A stretch of DNA of 64,000 nucleotides, taken from contig CBDFLQ010000007.1 of assembly GCA_965249275.1 (NCBI GenBank), forward strand, positions 384,001 through 448,000, written 5' to 3'. How positions within the stretch are numbered: position 1 is the first letter of the stretch; every line of letters starts with the position of its first letter. A model generated the notes under the pieces. That model was not told where the DNA came from. It saw only the letters and a list, made by a program, of their open reading frames with translations, and ran no database searches. Source of the stretch: Dehalococcoidia bacterium. GTDB lineage: Bacteria > Chloroflexota > Dehalococcoidia > Plut-88900. Positions 27,243 to 37,443 of this stretch are shown in pieces. The position numbers and the translations under genes are program-made.

Positions 27243-29915
27243 CTAACCGACGACAGCGGCCAGCTTGGCCACCCTGGCCCGAGCCCCGCTCCGGGGCACG
27301 ACCGCCGACGGGGCATGATTGAGGCTCTGCACTAGGGTGTCGGTGTGGGGAATAGAGAGCTGCATGAAGCCGGTGGGGACGTATTCGCACACCTGGGCCA
27401 CAGCCTCCGAGGCGCCGGTCTGAGTTATGACTTCAATCTCGTCCCCGCTATTTATGCCGTTTGACGCGGCATCCTCCGTGTTAATCATGGCCCTGGTTCG
27501 GCCATCAAGCTCCACCACTCCCTTGATTTCCCGCAGGGTGCCGCTCAACACGAAAATCGGGTAGTCGGGGTCAGCGTTTACTGTGTAGGGTCCAGTCTCG
27601 AAGGCCGACAGCAGGCCCTTGCCCCTTGTGATGCCGTCTGAGTGCAGTACCGGGGTGCCGGGGTGCGAGGCGTCGGGGCACGGCCATTGGAGGCCGACCA
27701 CGCCCAACCGGTCGTAGCTGATTCCGCCGTAGGCCGGGACCTGGGAGCTTATCTCTTCCATCACCTTCGCAGGGCTTTCGTGGTCGAACCCCGATGCGCC
27801 CATCCTCGCCGCCAGAGCGCCCACCACCTCCGACACTGTCATCGACTCCCCAATGCGCTCCACAACTCTGTTAAGTCTCTGCACCCGGCGTTCTGCGTTG
27901 GTAAATGTTCCGTCCTTCTCTGCGAAGCTTGCCGCAGGGAGCACCACATCCGCCGCCCTCGCTACGTCGGAGAAGAACAAATCGTGGACCACCAGGAAAT
28001 CGAGGGAAGACAGGGCCTCGGCGTCCAGGTCGGGCGCCTCTCTCTGGCTGTCAAGGGAAACGAACAGCGCCCGCAATCCGCTTTCGCCACCACTTTGCAC
28101 CATCTCCCCATAGCTGAGTCCCGCTCCCGAGGGAGCATCGGAGCCGCCCGCAAGGGACACATAGCCCGGAAGCATCAAGGGTACGCAACCCATGTCGGTG
28201 GTGCCTTGACTGTTCGCATCCGACCTCAACGGGTTCACCCCCGCCGACGCCTTGCCAACGTTGCCCGTGATCAAACCCAGGTTTGCCGCGGCCCGAGCAA
28301 TAGCAGCACCCGGCTCCACGGACCGCGATGTACTGAAGAACAACGCCGCAGGCTTCTGACCAGCGTAAGCCCGAGCAGCTTCAACCAGTAGACCCTGCTC
28401 GACTCCAGTTAACTCGGCTAGGCCCTCTAATGTCGGGCCTGCCAGCGAGCCAGTCAGCGCGTCCATACCTTCACATTGACCATCGATGAATTCCTGATCC
28501 TGAAGGCCCTCATCCAACATAACCTTGGCCAGTGCGGCCAGTGCGGCTGCGCCGGTCCCGGGCAAGTGACGCAGCCAGATCGTGGCCTCAAGGGCCAGCT
28601 CAGTCTCTACCGGATCGATGACTATAAGAGTCGCTCCCCGGTTGACGGCCTCCTTGACCTGAATGGCGGCCACGGGGTGGTCCCAGGTCAGGTCGCTGCC
28701 GTAGACCAGGATGCAGCGGGCATCCCTCATCTCGCGGAAGCCGTTGGTCATTGCGCCCACGCCAAGGGTCTCTCCCAGGGCCGAGACACTCTCCGCATCA
28801 CACGTGGTATCCGTGTGGTCGATATTGTTCGAACCCATCACCGACCGCGTGAACTTCTGGAGCAGGTAGTTCTCTTCGTTGGTGGCGCGTGGCGAAGCCA
28901 GAGCGCCGAAGGCCGACCCCTTGTGCTCGGCGAGTTTGCCGGCGATCAGGTCCAGGGCCTCGTCCCACGTGGCCTCGACAAGCTCTCCGTCTTTCTTGAT
29001 ATAGGGCGTCGAGATCCGGTCCTTGTTGTGGACGAACTTGTAGCCGAACTTGCCTTTACCGCAGGCGTTGCCCTGGTTCGCGGGGCCGCTCAGGTCAGGT
29101 ATGGCGCGTATAACCCGGCCCTTCTTGACCAGCAGTTCAAGTTGGCATCCCACGCTGCAGTTGGAGCAGATTGTGGTAACCGATTTCTCCGGCGCGCCCG
29201 ACCATTTGTGGTCTTTCTCGGTGATTGCCCCGACCGGGCAGACGTCGACGCACGCCCCGCAGAAGGTACACCCGGAGTCCGACAGGGAACCACCAAGGGA
29301 CGTGCCTATGAGAGTCCGGTCGCCGCGTTCGATGAAAGTGATGGCATTGACGCCCTCTATCTCGTTGCAGGCCCTCACGCAGCGCCCACAGACGATGCAC
29401 AGGTTCATGTCGTGGTCTATGAAGGGGTTGGACGTGTTCAGGGGCTCGTGCCGGTACTCGTAGGGCAGGTCCGAGTCCTTCATCTGCAGGTGGTAGACCA
29501 CGTCCTGCAGCTCGCACCGCTCGTTCTGCGGGCAGAGCACGCACCGGTCAACGACGTTGGCATGGCGCAGGCAGATGTCCTGCGGGCCGCAGTGGTCTAT
29601 CCGCGGGCAGGTCAGGCAGCCGTGGGGATGCTCCGACAGAATCAGGTCCATGATATTGTGCCTGATCCCGTCTATCGCCTTCCCCTTCGTTGTCACAACC
29701 ATCCCGTCCATTGCGCCCGTGGTACACGACGCCGGCGTCCCGCGCATCCTCTCGACCTGCACCACGCACATCCGGCACGCTCCGAACGCCTTCAGGGTCG
29801 GGTGCCAGCAGAGGTACGGGATATAAATTCCCGCTTCCCGAGCGGCCTCGATGATCGTCTGGCCCTTCCTGGCCTTGATCTCCCGTCCGTCTACGGTAAG
29901 CGTTATTTCGTCCAC
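27243..29915 (-). CDS. FdhF/NuoG-like alpha subunit (2Fe-2S and 4Fe-4S domains plus molybdopterin-oxidoreductase fold)
   Basis: IPYLC, GACRMC, EHPHGC, CIVCGRCVRAC, CTFCGACVDVCP, CSNCSVGC, NEENYLLQKF and EKDGTFTNAERR; GTG start with GAGGT RBS. Confidence 0.88.
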   Translation of the reverse strand: MDEITLTVDGREIKARKGQTIIEAAREAGIYIPYLCWHPTLKAFGACRMCVVQVERMRGTPASCTTGAMDGMVVTTKGKAIDGIRHNIMDLILSEHPHGCLTCPRIDHCGPQDICLRHANVVDRCVLCPQNERCELQDVVYHLQMKDSDLPYEYRHEPLNTSNPFIDHDMNLCIVCGRCVRACNEIEGVNAITFIERGDRTLIGTSLGGSLSDSGCTFCGACVDVCPVGAITEKDHKWSGAPEKSVTTICSNCSVGCQLELLVKKGRVIRAIPDLSGPANQGNACGKGKFGYKFVHNKDRISTPYIKKDGELVEATWDEALDLIAGKLAEHKGSAFGALASPRATNEENYLLQKFTRSVMGSNNIDHTDTTCDAESVSALGETLGVGAMTNGFREMRDARCILVYGSDLTWDHPVAAIQVKEAVNRGATLIVIDPVETELALEATIWLRHLPGTGAAALAALAKVMLDEGLQDQEFIDGQCEGMDALTGSLAGPTLEGLAELTGVEQGLLVEAARAYAGQKPAALFFSTSRSVEPGAAIARAAANLGLITGNVGKASAGVNPLRSDANSQGTTDMGCVPLMLPGYVSLAGGSDAPSGAGLSYGEMVQSGGESGLRALFVSLDSQREAPDLDAEALSSLDFLVVHDLFFSDVARAADVVLPAASFAEKDGTFTNAERRVQRLNRVVERIGESMTVSEVVGALAARMGASGFDHESPAKVMEEISSQVPAYGGISYDRLGVVGLQWPCPDASHPGTPVLHSDGITRGKGLLSAFETGPYTVNADPDYPIFVLSGTLREIKGVVELDGRTRAMINTEDAASNGINSGDEIEVITQTGASEAVAQVCEYVPTGFMQLSIPHTDTLVQSLNHAPSAVVPRSGARARVAKLAAVVG

Positions 29916-29926
29916 TACTGTTACCT

Positions 29927-31621
29927 CTAACCGGGTGTGCTCAGGGCCGAGCATCGGCCTGCGGGGCACACCTTATGGATAATATGAGCTTCCAGCTCGC
30001 TGGCGAAATACTTCACCGCCGACTTTATGGGGTTCACCGAAAGCTGACCGTGGCCGCAGAGGGAGGTTAGCAGGGTGTCGCCCATCGCGAGCATCTTATC
30101 TACATCGCCCTCCTTAGCCCTGCCCTCCGTCATGGTCTGAAACATATCGAGAATGTGCTTGGTACCGAGGCGGCACGGGAAACACTTGCCGCACGACTCC
30201 TCGTTGTTGAAGTCGGCCAGTATCGAGGCCATCTCCACGGGGCACGAGCTCTCGTCGCCGACAATTATCCCACCCGACCCCAGGATCGCCCCTCTTCCCG
30301 CCATCTCGTCAAAGTCCAGGGTCACGTCAATCTCCGATGGCCCGAGGAACCCGCCCAGCGGCCCGCCGGTCTGGAGGAGCTTGATCTCCTTGCCGGGGCT
30401 CACGCCCCCGGCCACGTCGTCGATGACCTGACGCAAGGTCAGGCCGAAAGGCACCTCGGCCATCTGGGGCCTGGCGACGTTGCCGGTGAGGCAAACTATG
30501 GCCGTACCCTTGCTTCTCTCCGTCCCGATTCCCGCGAACCACTCGCCGCCCCGCCTCAGTATCTCCGGCACGTAGGCGTATGTCTTCACGTTGTTTATGT
30601 TGCTCGGCTTGCCCCACAGCCCCACCTGCGCCGGGAAGGGAGGCCTGGACCGCGGCATCGCCCGCTTCCCTTCGATGGATTCCATCAGTGCGGTCTCTTC
30701 CCCCGCCACGTAGGACTCGCCGGTCAGGGAAACAGCTATGTCAAAGTCGAAGCCGCTGCCCAGGATGTTCTTTCCAAGCAGCCCGTCCCTGTAGGCCTGG
30801 TCAATCGCCGTCTGCGTGGTGCGGATAACGTCTCGGTGCACACACCGGATGAAGACGTATCCCTTGCTGGCGGCGGTCGCATAGCCTGCGATGGTCATCC
30901 CTTCCAGTACGGTGTGAGGATCGCTTTCAAGGAGGCCCTTGTCGTTGTAGGCGCCCGGGTCTCCTTCCTCGGCGTTGCAGAGGATGTACTTGGTCGGACC
31001 CGGGGCCCCGGCCAGGAACCTCCATTTCATTGCTGCCGGGAACGCCGCCCCACCCCTCCCCCTCAGTCCCGACTTCAACACATCTTCGATCACTTCAGGG
31101 GGAGCCATACCCGAGAGGCACCGGTCGAGTCCGGAGTAGCCACCGTTGGCTATGTACTGGTCGATTTCCGATGGATTGATGGTGCCGCAATTCCGCATGG
31201 CAACCCGGACCTGCGGCTTGAGGTCGGGGAGATCGAAGAGCATGGGGAGCCCGTCCACCGACTCATCGCCACGCACGGCAAGAGCTAGGTCGGGCCTGGG
31301 GTTTCCGCCGACCAGATAGTCTCTGACTAACGTTTCAGCAATCTCCGGGGTAACGTTTGCGTAGGTAATACGGGGTCTGCCAGGTGCGATTATGTCGACT
31401 AACACCTCTGCATAGCAGAGCCCGATGCAGCCGACCTGGTGCACCCGCGCCTCGACACCACTCTCGGCGATGGCCTTTTCGAAAGCCTCCACCACTTGCA
31501 GACCACCCGCCGCCCGTCCACAGGTCGCGGTCCCGACGAATATCCGTGCAGGGCTGCCCTTCATCAGGGCCTCCCAGCTGGAGTCGGCGCGTTGTTTGAG
31601 CTGTTTGTAGGCTTCCGTCAT
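29927..31621 (-). CDS. NuoF/HndC-like FMN- and NAD(P)H-binding subunit with an N-terminal 2Fe-2S domain
   Basis: GCIGLC, SGLRGRGGAAFP, NAEEGDPG, GEETALMESIEG and ESCGKCFPCRLG...LCGHG motifs. Confidence 0.92.
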   Translation of the reverse strand: MTEAYKQLKQRADSSWEALMKGSPARIFVGTATCGRAAGGLQVVEAFEKAIAESGVEARVHQVGCIGLCYAEVLVDIIAPGRPRITYANVTPEIAETLVRDYLVGGNPRPDLALAVRGDESVDGLPMLFDLPDLKPQVRVAMRNCGTINPSEIDQYIANGGYSGLDRCLSGMAPPEVIEDVLKSGLRGRGGAAFPAAMKWRFLAGAPGPTKYILCNAEEGDPGAYNDKGLLESDPHTVLEGMTIAGYATAASKGYVFIRCVHRDVIRTTQTAIDQAYRDGLLGKNILGSGFDFDIAVSLTGESYVAGEETALMESIEGKRAMPRSRPPFPAQVGLWGKPSNINNVKTYAYVPEILRRGGEWFAGIGTERSKGTAIVCLTGNVARPQMAEVPFGLTLRQVIDDVAGGVSPGKEIKLLQTGGPLGGFLGPSEIDVTLDFDEMAGRGAILGSGGIIVGDESSCPVEMASILADFNNEESCGKCFPCRLGTKHILDMFQTMTEGRAKEGDVDKMLAMGDTLLTSLCGHGQLSVNPIKSAVKYFASELEAHIIHKVCPAGRCSALSTPG

Positions 31622-32085
31622 CGGGCCTTCTTTATGATCTCGACTGCGGCCTCGGGAGTGAGGTCACCGTATATCTTATCGTCGACGATGGCTACGGGTC
31701 CGTGGGCGCAGGCGGCGGCGCAGGACGTTCGCTTCCAGGTAAACTCTCCGTCGGTCGTCGTGCCCTCCTCTTCCATCCCCAGCTCCTTCTTTACTGCCGA
31801 CATGACTTCCAGCGAGCCCCGCACGTGGCAGGACGGGCCCCAGCACACCTCCACGGTATGGGTGCCGGGAGGCGTGAAGCGGAAGTGGGTGTAGAAGGTG
31901 GCTACGCCGAAAACGTCGTTGACCGAGGCATCTGTAAAGTCGGCGATGAGGGGAATAGACTCGGAAGGCAGGAAACCGAACTCTTCCTGGACGTGAATGA
32001 GGGATGAGAGAACGGTGATTTCCTCTTTGACCTGTCGATCAAGGGCCTGAGTGACTCTATCTGTCGTAGAGGCCGTTGGCGTCAT
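31618..32085 (-). CDS. NuoE-like 2Fe-2S subunit
   Basis: GVATFYTHF, VCWGPSCHVRG and SCAAACAHGP motifs. Confidence 0.92.
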   Translation of the reverse strand: MTPTASTTDRVTQALDRQVKEEITVLSSLIHVQEEFGFLPSESIPLIADFTDASVNDVFGVATFYTHFRFTPPGTHTVEVCWGPSCHVRGSLEVMSAVKKELGMEEEGTTTDGEFTWKRTSCAAACAHGPVAIVDDKIYGDLTPEAAVEIIKKAR

Positions 32086-32163
32086 GTGAGGTAGTGTCTG
32101 CTCGAAGTGTGAGGCTGCGACCTATTATGCCCTACACGCGCTTGCCGTTCAAGCGGGGCAAGC

Positions 32164-33486
32164 CTATCCGCTCCGGTCCTCCAGCACCAGATTGGCAATC
32201 CGCTGTCCCAGGCGCACGGAGTAGTTGGTGCCTCGGTCCTCAGGGTAGATCTGGGTAGTGTTCGCGAGGTAGAGGTCTTTAATAGGAGTGCGGTGCGCCG
32301 GTATCTTCTCGCCGTAGTTCGTCGTCACTATGGGCTGCGCCGCCTCCTCACGGTGGTAGTAGTATTCCTCTATCCACGACTCTTCAAATTCGGGGTTGAG
32401 GCGTTTCAGGTGAGGCAGGTACTCGGCCATCAGCTCTTCCCGGCTCATCGAGTACATCGGGCTTTCCTTGCCCAGGTAGTTGCTCAGATAGACGAGGTGC
32501 TTATCGCCATAGTGTGACTTGTCGATGAAGTTAGTGTGCTCGATCACTGCGAGGAAGGGTGTCTTGTATCCGCTGATGTTCATCCAATATATGCGGGAGA
32601 GGGAATGCTTCAGCACCATAACGACCAGGATCGCGGCGTGGTATTTGATCCTCTGCAACGTCTCCGTATATTCCTCCGGGAGCTCGGGGACGAGCCTCGG
32701 GAACACGTAAGAAGGCGTAGTCGAGATAACCAGATCGAACTCCTCGTATGCCTCCTCGCCCCCCGGCTGCCGGATCTCCAGCCCCGTGGCTCGGTTGTCC
32801 TTTACCCTCACACGGGTCACAGGTGTAGAGATGTGCACTTCCCCTCCCATCCCCTCAATACGCTCCGTGAGCACTTCGAACACTTCTCCGAAGCTGCCCA
32901 TCGGGTAGCCCAGCCTCTCCTTCTGCATGCTCTTATCCCGGGAGGCGACCCTCAGGTAGATCTTGCCCCACAGCCAGGCCATGCTGACGTCGTCGGCGCT
33001 CGCCCCGAACTTTCCGCGTAAGAGAGGGCCCCAGACCACATCGTAGGCCTGCTGACCGGCCCACTTCACTATCCACTCCTTGGCCGTGACCCCTTCGAAT
33101 TTCTTCCAGTTGGACGTCTTCTGAAGATAGAGGGTTACAAGCCCCAGCCGGATGCGATTGATGAGGCTCAAGGGCTTGAACTTGAGCAGATCGAAGGGAG
33201 TGACGAAGTTGTAGATGGTGCCGTCGTGGTAAAAACCGACTTTGGACTCTATCCAGGCCAGCTTCTCTCCGAGGCCCAGCTCGTGGATCAGGTCCACCAT
33301 GTGGGTGTCGCTCTTGAACAGATGATGGTAGCCGCGCTCCAGGCGGCCGTTGCCAACGTCGAAGGTCGCGGCCTGGCCCCCTACAAAAGGAGCCGCTTCA
33401 TAGACCTTCACCGAGTGGCCCTTCTTAAGCAGCTCGTATGCTGCGGCGAGGCCAGCCGCCCCGGCCCCTATTACACCTATTTTCAA
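32164..33486 (-). CDS. FAD-dependent oxidoreductase (protoporphyrinogen oxidase/amine oxidase-like)
   Basis: VIGAGAAGL, LERGYHHLF and QIYPEDRGTNYSV; this type is commonly found in glycosylation loci. Confidence 0.85.
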   Translation of the reverse strand: MKIGVIGAGAAGLAAAYELLKKGHSVKVYEAAPFVGGQAATFDVGNGRLERGYHHLFKSDTHMVDLIHELGLGEKLAWIESKVGFYHDGTIYNFVTPFDLLKFKPLSLINRIRLGLVTLYLQKTSNWKKFEGVTAKEWIVKWAGQQAYDVVWGPLLRGKFGASADDVSMAWLWGKIYLRVASRDKSMQKERLGYPMGSFGEVFEVLTERIEGMGGEVHISTPVTRVRVKDNRATGLEIRQPGGEEAYEEFDLVISTTPSYVFPRLVPELPEEYTETLQRIKYHAAILVVMVLKHSLSRIYWMNISGYKTPFLAVIEHTNFIDKSHYGDKHLVYLSNYLGKESPMYSMSREELMAEYLPHLKRLNPEFEESWIEEYYYHREEAAQPIVTTNYGEKIPAHRTPIKDLYLANTTQIYPEDRGTNYSVRLGQRIANLVLEDRSG

Positions 33487-34556
33487 TCCTCGGGATCTCC
33501 TTCAATAGATATCGGCCCCCCAGCGCCTGCGCCCGCAGTGGCAGGCCCCCCTCGCACCAGTTCCATCAGAGAGCGGTGTTCAAACCACAGATACATTATG
33601 CCCGCTACGACAACCGGAAGCCACAGCACCACGTGAAGCGTAGCCGCGTACGCCACAGAAACCTCGGGGCTGTACCCGAAGGACACTAGGGTGATCTTTA
33701 TTGCCCATTCGAATGTGCCGACGTTGCCGGGTGCGGCTGGAAGTGCTCCCACGAGGTTCGAGGTAGCCGTCACCACCATAGCCAGCGCGAAGGATACGTC
33801 GAAGTCGTTCCCGAAGGACAGCGTGATCAGGTAGTACATCAAGGATTCCATGATCCACACGGGCAGCGACATTATGAAGATGACCAGCACCTTCTTGGCG
33901 CTGTCCAGGGAACCCAGCCCTTCAATAAAGGTCTCCGCCAACCCCCGGACCCCGACCCTGAACCGGGCCGGCACGAATACCAGAAGCAGTTCTATCGCCC
34001 GATTCGTCAGGCTGGGTCTCACCGTAAGGGCTACGAATACCACTATCGCCCCAACGAACACCACCAGCACCGCGGCGCTTCCCGCAACCCGTTCCCATGA
34101 CCACTCTCCGGCGTCGTTCTTCAGCAGGTCGGCCAGGGGCAGGAAAGGCCAAACTACCAGGATGAAGAATATGAGGGTTAGCCCATCGAATACCCGGTCC
34201 ACCCCCACGGTTCCCAGCGCCGAGCTGGCGCTCATTCGCTCGCGTGTCGACAGGTAGTACGACCGCGCCACCTCTCCGAGTCGCACAGGCATGATATTGT
34301 TGGCCATGTACCCGACTATCGTCACTGGGTAGAGCCGGGATATCGAGACATCGGCCAGGTGTTTCATCAGGTATTGCCAACGAAGTGTCCTGAACCACAA
34401 CGACCCGAAATAGACCACGATGGCCGGAGCTACGTACAGATAGTTCGCGCCCCTAAGGGCGTCAAACGTTTCCGAGTAGTCGATGCGGAAGAGGAAGAGG
34501 GCGAGGAAAAGGGCGCTTACGGCCAGCCCCAGCCAGACCTTTTTAGACCTTAGCAA
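33483..34556 (-). CDS. Lysylphosphatidylglycerol synthase TM/flippase-like protein (TIGR00374-type)
   Basis: RTLRWQ, GYMANNIMPVRLGEVAR, DRVFD and PAAPGNVGTFE motifs. Confidence 0.85.
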   Translation of the reverse strand: MLRSKKVWLGLAVSALFLALFLFRIDYSETFDALRGANYLYVAPAIVVYFGSLWFRTLRWQYLMKHLADVSISRLYPVTIVGYMANNIMPVRLGEVARSYYLSTRERMSASSALGTVGVDRVFDGLTLIFFILVVWPFLPLADLLKNDAGEWSWERVAGSAAVLVVFVGAIVVFVALTVRPSLTNRAIELLLVFVPARFRVGVRGLAETFIEGLGSLDSAKKVLVIFIMSLPVWIMESLMYYLITLSFGNDFDVSFALAMVVTATSNLVGALPAAPGNVGTFEWAIKITLVSFGYSPEVSVAYAATLHVVLWLPVVVAGIMYLWFEHRSLMELVRGGPATAGAGAGGPISIEGDPED

Positions 34557-34701
34557 TGACTGGTACGCCTTGAGTTGGAAGTGATTTCATAGTCGACGGG
34601 CGTGCCCCTAGGCCAGCCCTGTTAAAACGATGTGATGACAATGTTGCTTCAATTATAGGAAGGCCGTCTCTTGTGGGCAACTTGCAGGCATAGACACCTG
34701 T

Positions 34702-37443
34702 CTATTGCTCTTCTTCCGATTCAAACGGTACAGGCCCCAGACGGAAGAAGACTATGGAATCTTCCGAGCCCACGGGCTTGTCCTCTGTCAGTTCCCGATA
34801 CAGGAAGAAGTCCCACCACTGCCGCCAAGCATCGCCGCTGCCCAGTGCCCCGACGAAGTTATCAAGGGGTAAGGGGTCCGACCCGCTCTTGTAGGTGGCG
34901 AACTCGGGGAACCACGCCCGATGACCAATCCGTTCACCTTCACCGAAAGCGTCCAGGAACTCCGCCGAGGCTGCCTCGTTCCTGTAGTGCATCACTATGA
35001 CCTCGGCTTCGGGCTCGGCGTTCAGGGATGCACAAGTGGAATCGGAGGTGTTGGCGTCATAGCACGGCCAATGCACCTTTTCGTAGTCGCGCAGATACCA
35101 TCTCCACGGGTAACCGAACCCACTGGTCCTGTCGATGATGATGGGCAAGTCATAGCCTAGCCCCGTCTCAATTGCTCTCTCCTCGATGTTGGCCATAGTC
35201 CGCGTTATGTCGGGTGTGGTCTGGGTGTAGACCAGCATCTCGATGGGATAGTCACCCGTCCCCGGCCTACCCACCCCATACGCCGCCTCCACCCCCACCC
35301 GCACCGAATGGAACCCGACCAACCCCACCGCCAATACCGCCACAACAGCCACCGTCAACCGTGCATCGAAGCGCGGCTTCCAATCGACTCGGGCCAACGC
35401 CTTGCCCACAAACCTAGCCGCGACCAGTGTGATGGGCAGTGCAGTGTGCACCATCAGCCACGGCATCTTCTCCCCCGCCGCCGAGTACAGGACCAGCGTC
35501 GAAGCGAGCCAATAGATCAGGAAGACGTCAATCTTGTTCTCGGGGGTCAAGGACTTGTATGCGATCACTGAAAGGGCTGCGAAGAGTACGAGGGCATTAA
35601 GCGGCTCCTGAGCCGCCGCTATCGAGTTGAAGAAATCGACGCTCGTAGCGTCGAACAGCCGCGGAGCCGCCCAGTTGAACGCAAGCAGAAGAAGAGCGGC
35701 CACGTTGGCTATCAACAACCTGCTCCGCAGAAACCCCTTGTCGAAGATTGCTCCGTACGTAACCAGGACAAACGCAGCCCCAAGCAGCATCATCGCCCCG
35801 ATGATAAACCGGGTATCCGGATTCTCCGGCATCCAGTAGGTGTACAGGACCAGGCCCCCGGCAATTGCCCAGAATATTCCCTGGTAGAGCAGCAAGCCCG
35901 GCTTCAGCGCCGCCTTCTGCCTCAAGAGCAGCCACCCCCCACCTATAAGCACGATTACGAGGGCCAGAAACTCATAGGTCGCGGTCATAATCAGGTAGTA
36001 ATACCAGGGCTGTGCTCCCCGCCTCACCTCTTGCTGCGCTACCCAGTACCCCAACGACTGCCACAGCCCGCTCCCCAGCCCCTGGCCCGTGTTCGTAAAG
36101 AATGTCGTGAACAGGACTGCAAATATCGACCAGAAGATGACGCTGGATATCAGGAACTTCTTGCGGTCCCACTTTAGCCCTATGAATATGCTCGCTGCGA
36201 AGAGATAGATAACGATGCCCACCGCTATCGCCAGGCTCACGTTGCCGGAGGGCGCTCCGTCGGGGATGCCCGGCACATGGCCTTCGCTCCCGCCGCCAAA
36301 TCCGTTTGGGTTGGCGAGGGTAAGGCCGAGAGGCTCCTGAAGAATACCCGCCGCCGCACCCATCAGGGGCAGTGCGAGCAGGACAGGCAACAGCCACGGT
36401 GTTCTTCGGAGGTCCCCCATCAACCTCGTGGTATCGATAAACCGTCCAAAGTCCAACCATCGATTAAGTCGGGACCTTTGCAGCATCCACAACCAGGGCA
36501 GGACTCCCACGTAGACCCCTATAACCACGCCCAGGGAAACAAGGCTGAAGGTCGGGTTTACCCTGCCGAAAACGTCGTATATGTCGAAGGACCATAGGAT
36601 GGCAGCTACAACCCAGGCCGAAGCGAGGGTGAAGACCAGCGGGTAGGGCGCAATCCGAGGCCAGAGCCATCTTGCCGCGTCGGAAACTCCATTGAGGGTT
36701 TGCCGGAGTATCCGTGGGCGCCACTCTCTGCCTCTCTCATTCTCAGACTCTTTCTCGGTTTCCCACCCCTCGCGCCCTGCCTTTAACGACAGCAGGAGAA
36801 AGAATCCACCCATGATGACCATCAGGATGAACGTGCTCTCCTTGGTTGCGAATGCCATGCCAAACAGAGCAGCAGCACCGTACAGATACCTGGCCTTTCG
36901 ACCCGAGGTGTACTTCCAGAGGCAGATGGCCAAGCCGAGGGTCCAGACGGCCATGTAGGCGTCGTTACGGGCGAACCGGGTGAAATACAGGATGGAAGGG
37001 GAGAGGAGGAGCATGAGGCTCGCAATCATGCAGGCCCAGCGGCCCAAAAAGCTCCGCAGGAAAAATGGCAGCCCAACGAGCACGACTCCGAACACCGCCG
37101 CCAACCCCCGAGCCGTTACCTCGCTCTCTCCGAACAGGTTGAAGAACAGGTTAAGGCCGAAGAACTGGAACGGGCCGTGGGTCAGAGGGTTGTGCTGGTA
37201 CGCGTTCAAAAAGCCCAACGCGAAGAAGGCGTGGATGCTCTCATCGTGGTGTATGGCCCGGGTGCCGAGATCCCAGAACCTCGTCAAAACCGCCAGTGCC
37301 ACTACCCCGACATAAAAGGCGACTTCCCAACCTGGGAGTCCCTTAAGCCACATCCCCAGGCGCGCACTCATCGCGGTCAGGCGACTTCTCGGCTCATCGG
37401 CGGACATGACGGCGTTCGCTTCTACCTGGCTTGGCCCAGTCAA
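34702..37443 (-). CDS. GT-C fold membrane glycosyltransferase, TIGR03663/Agl23-like
   Basis: RFWDLG.RAIHHDESIH, HNPLTHGPFQF, YFTRFARND, FATKE, QPWYYY, AGEKMPWL, EMLVYTQT and PWRWYLRDY motifs. Confidence 0.85.
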   Translation of the reverse strand: MTGPSQVEANAVMSADEPRSRLTAMSARLGMWLKGLPGWEVAFYVGVVALAVLTRFWDLGTRAIHHDESIHAFFALGFLNAYQHNPLTHGPFQFFGLNLFFNLFGESEVTARGLAAVFGVVLVGLPFFLRSFLGRWACMIASLMLLLSPSILYFTRFARNDAYMAVWTLGLAICLWKYTSGRKARYLYGAAALFGMAFATKESTFILMVIMGGFFLLLSLKAGREGWETEKESENERGREWRPRILRQTLNGVSDAARWLWPRIAPYPLVFTLASAWVVAAILWSFDIYDVFGRVNPTFSLVSLGVVIGVYVGVLPWLWMLQRSRLNRWLDFGRFIDTTRLMGDLRRTPWLLPVLLALPLMGAAAGILQEPLGLTLANPNGFGGGSEGHVPGIPDGAPSGNVSLAIAVGIVIYLFAASIFIGLKWDRKKFLISSVIFWSIFAVLFTTFFTNTGQGLGSGLWQSLGYWVAQQEVRRGAQPWYYYLIMTATYEFLALVIVLIGGGWLLLRQKAALKPGLLLYQGIFWAIAGGLVLYTYWMPENPDTRFIIGAMMLLGAAFVLVTYGAIFDKGFLRSRLLIANVAALLLLAFNWAAPRLFDATSVDFFNSIAAAQEPLNALVLFAALSVIAYKSLTPENKIDVFLIYWLASTLVLYSAAGEKMPWLMVHTALPITLVAARFVGKALARVDWKPRFDARLTVAVVAVLAVGLVGFHSVRVGVEAAYGVGRPGTGDYPIEMLVYTQTTPDITRTMANIEERAIETGLGYDLPIIIDRTSGFGYPWRWYLRDYEKVHWPCYDANTSDSTCASLNAEPEAEVIVMHYRNEAASAEFLDAFGEGERIGHRAWFPEFATYKSGSDPLPLDNFVGALGSGDAWRQWWDFFLYRELTEDKPVGSEDSIVFFRLGPVPFESEEEQ

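Noticed and set aside
28780-28830. Selenocysteine in the FdhF-like subunit
   Set aside because: The frame is continuous and has a Cys codon at the ligand position; there is no in-frame UGA.
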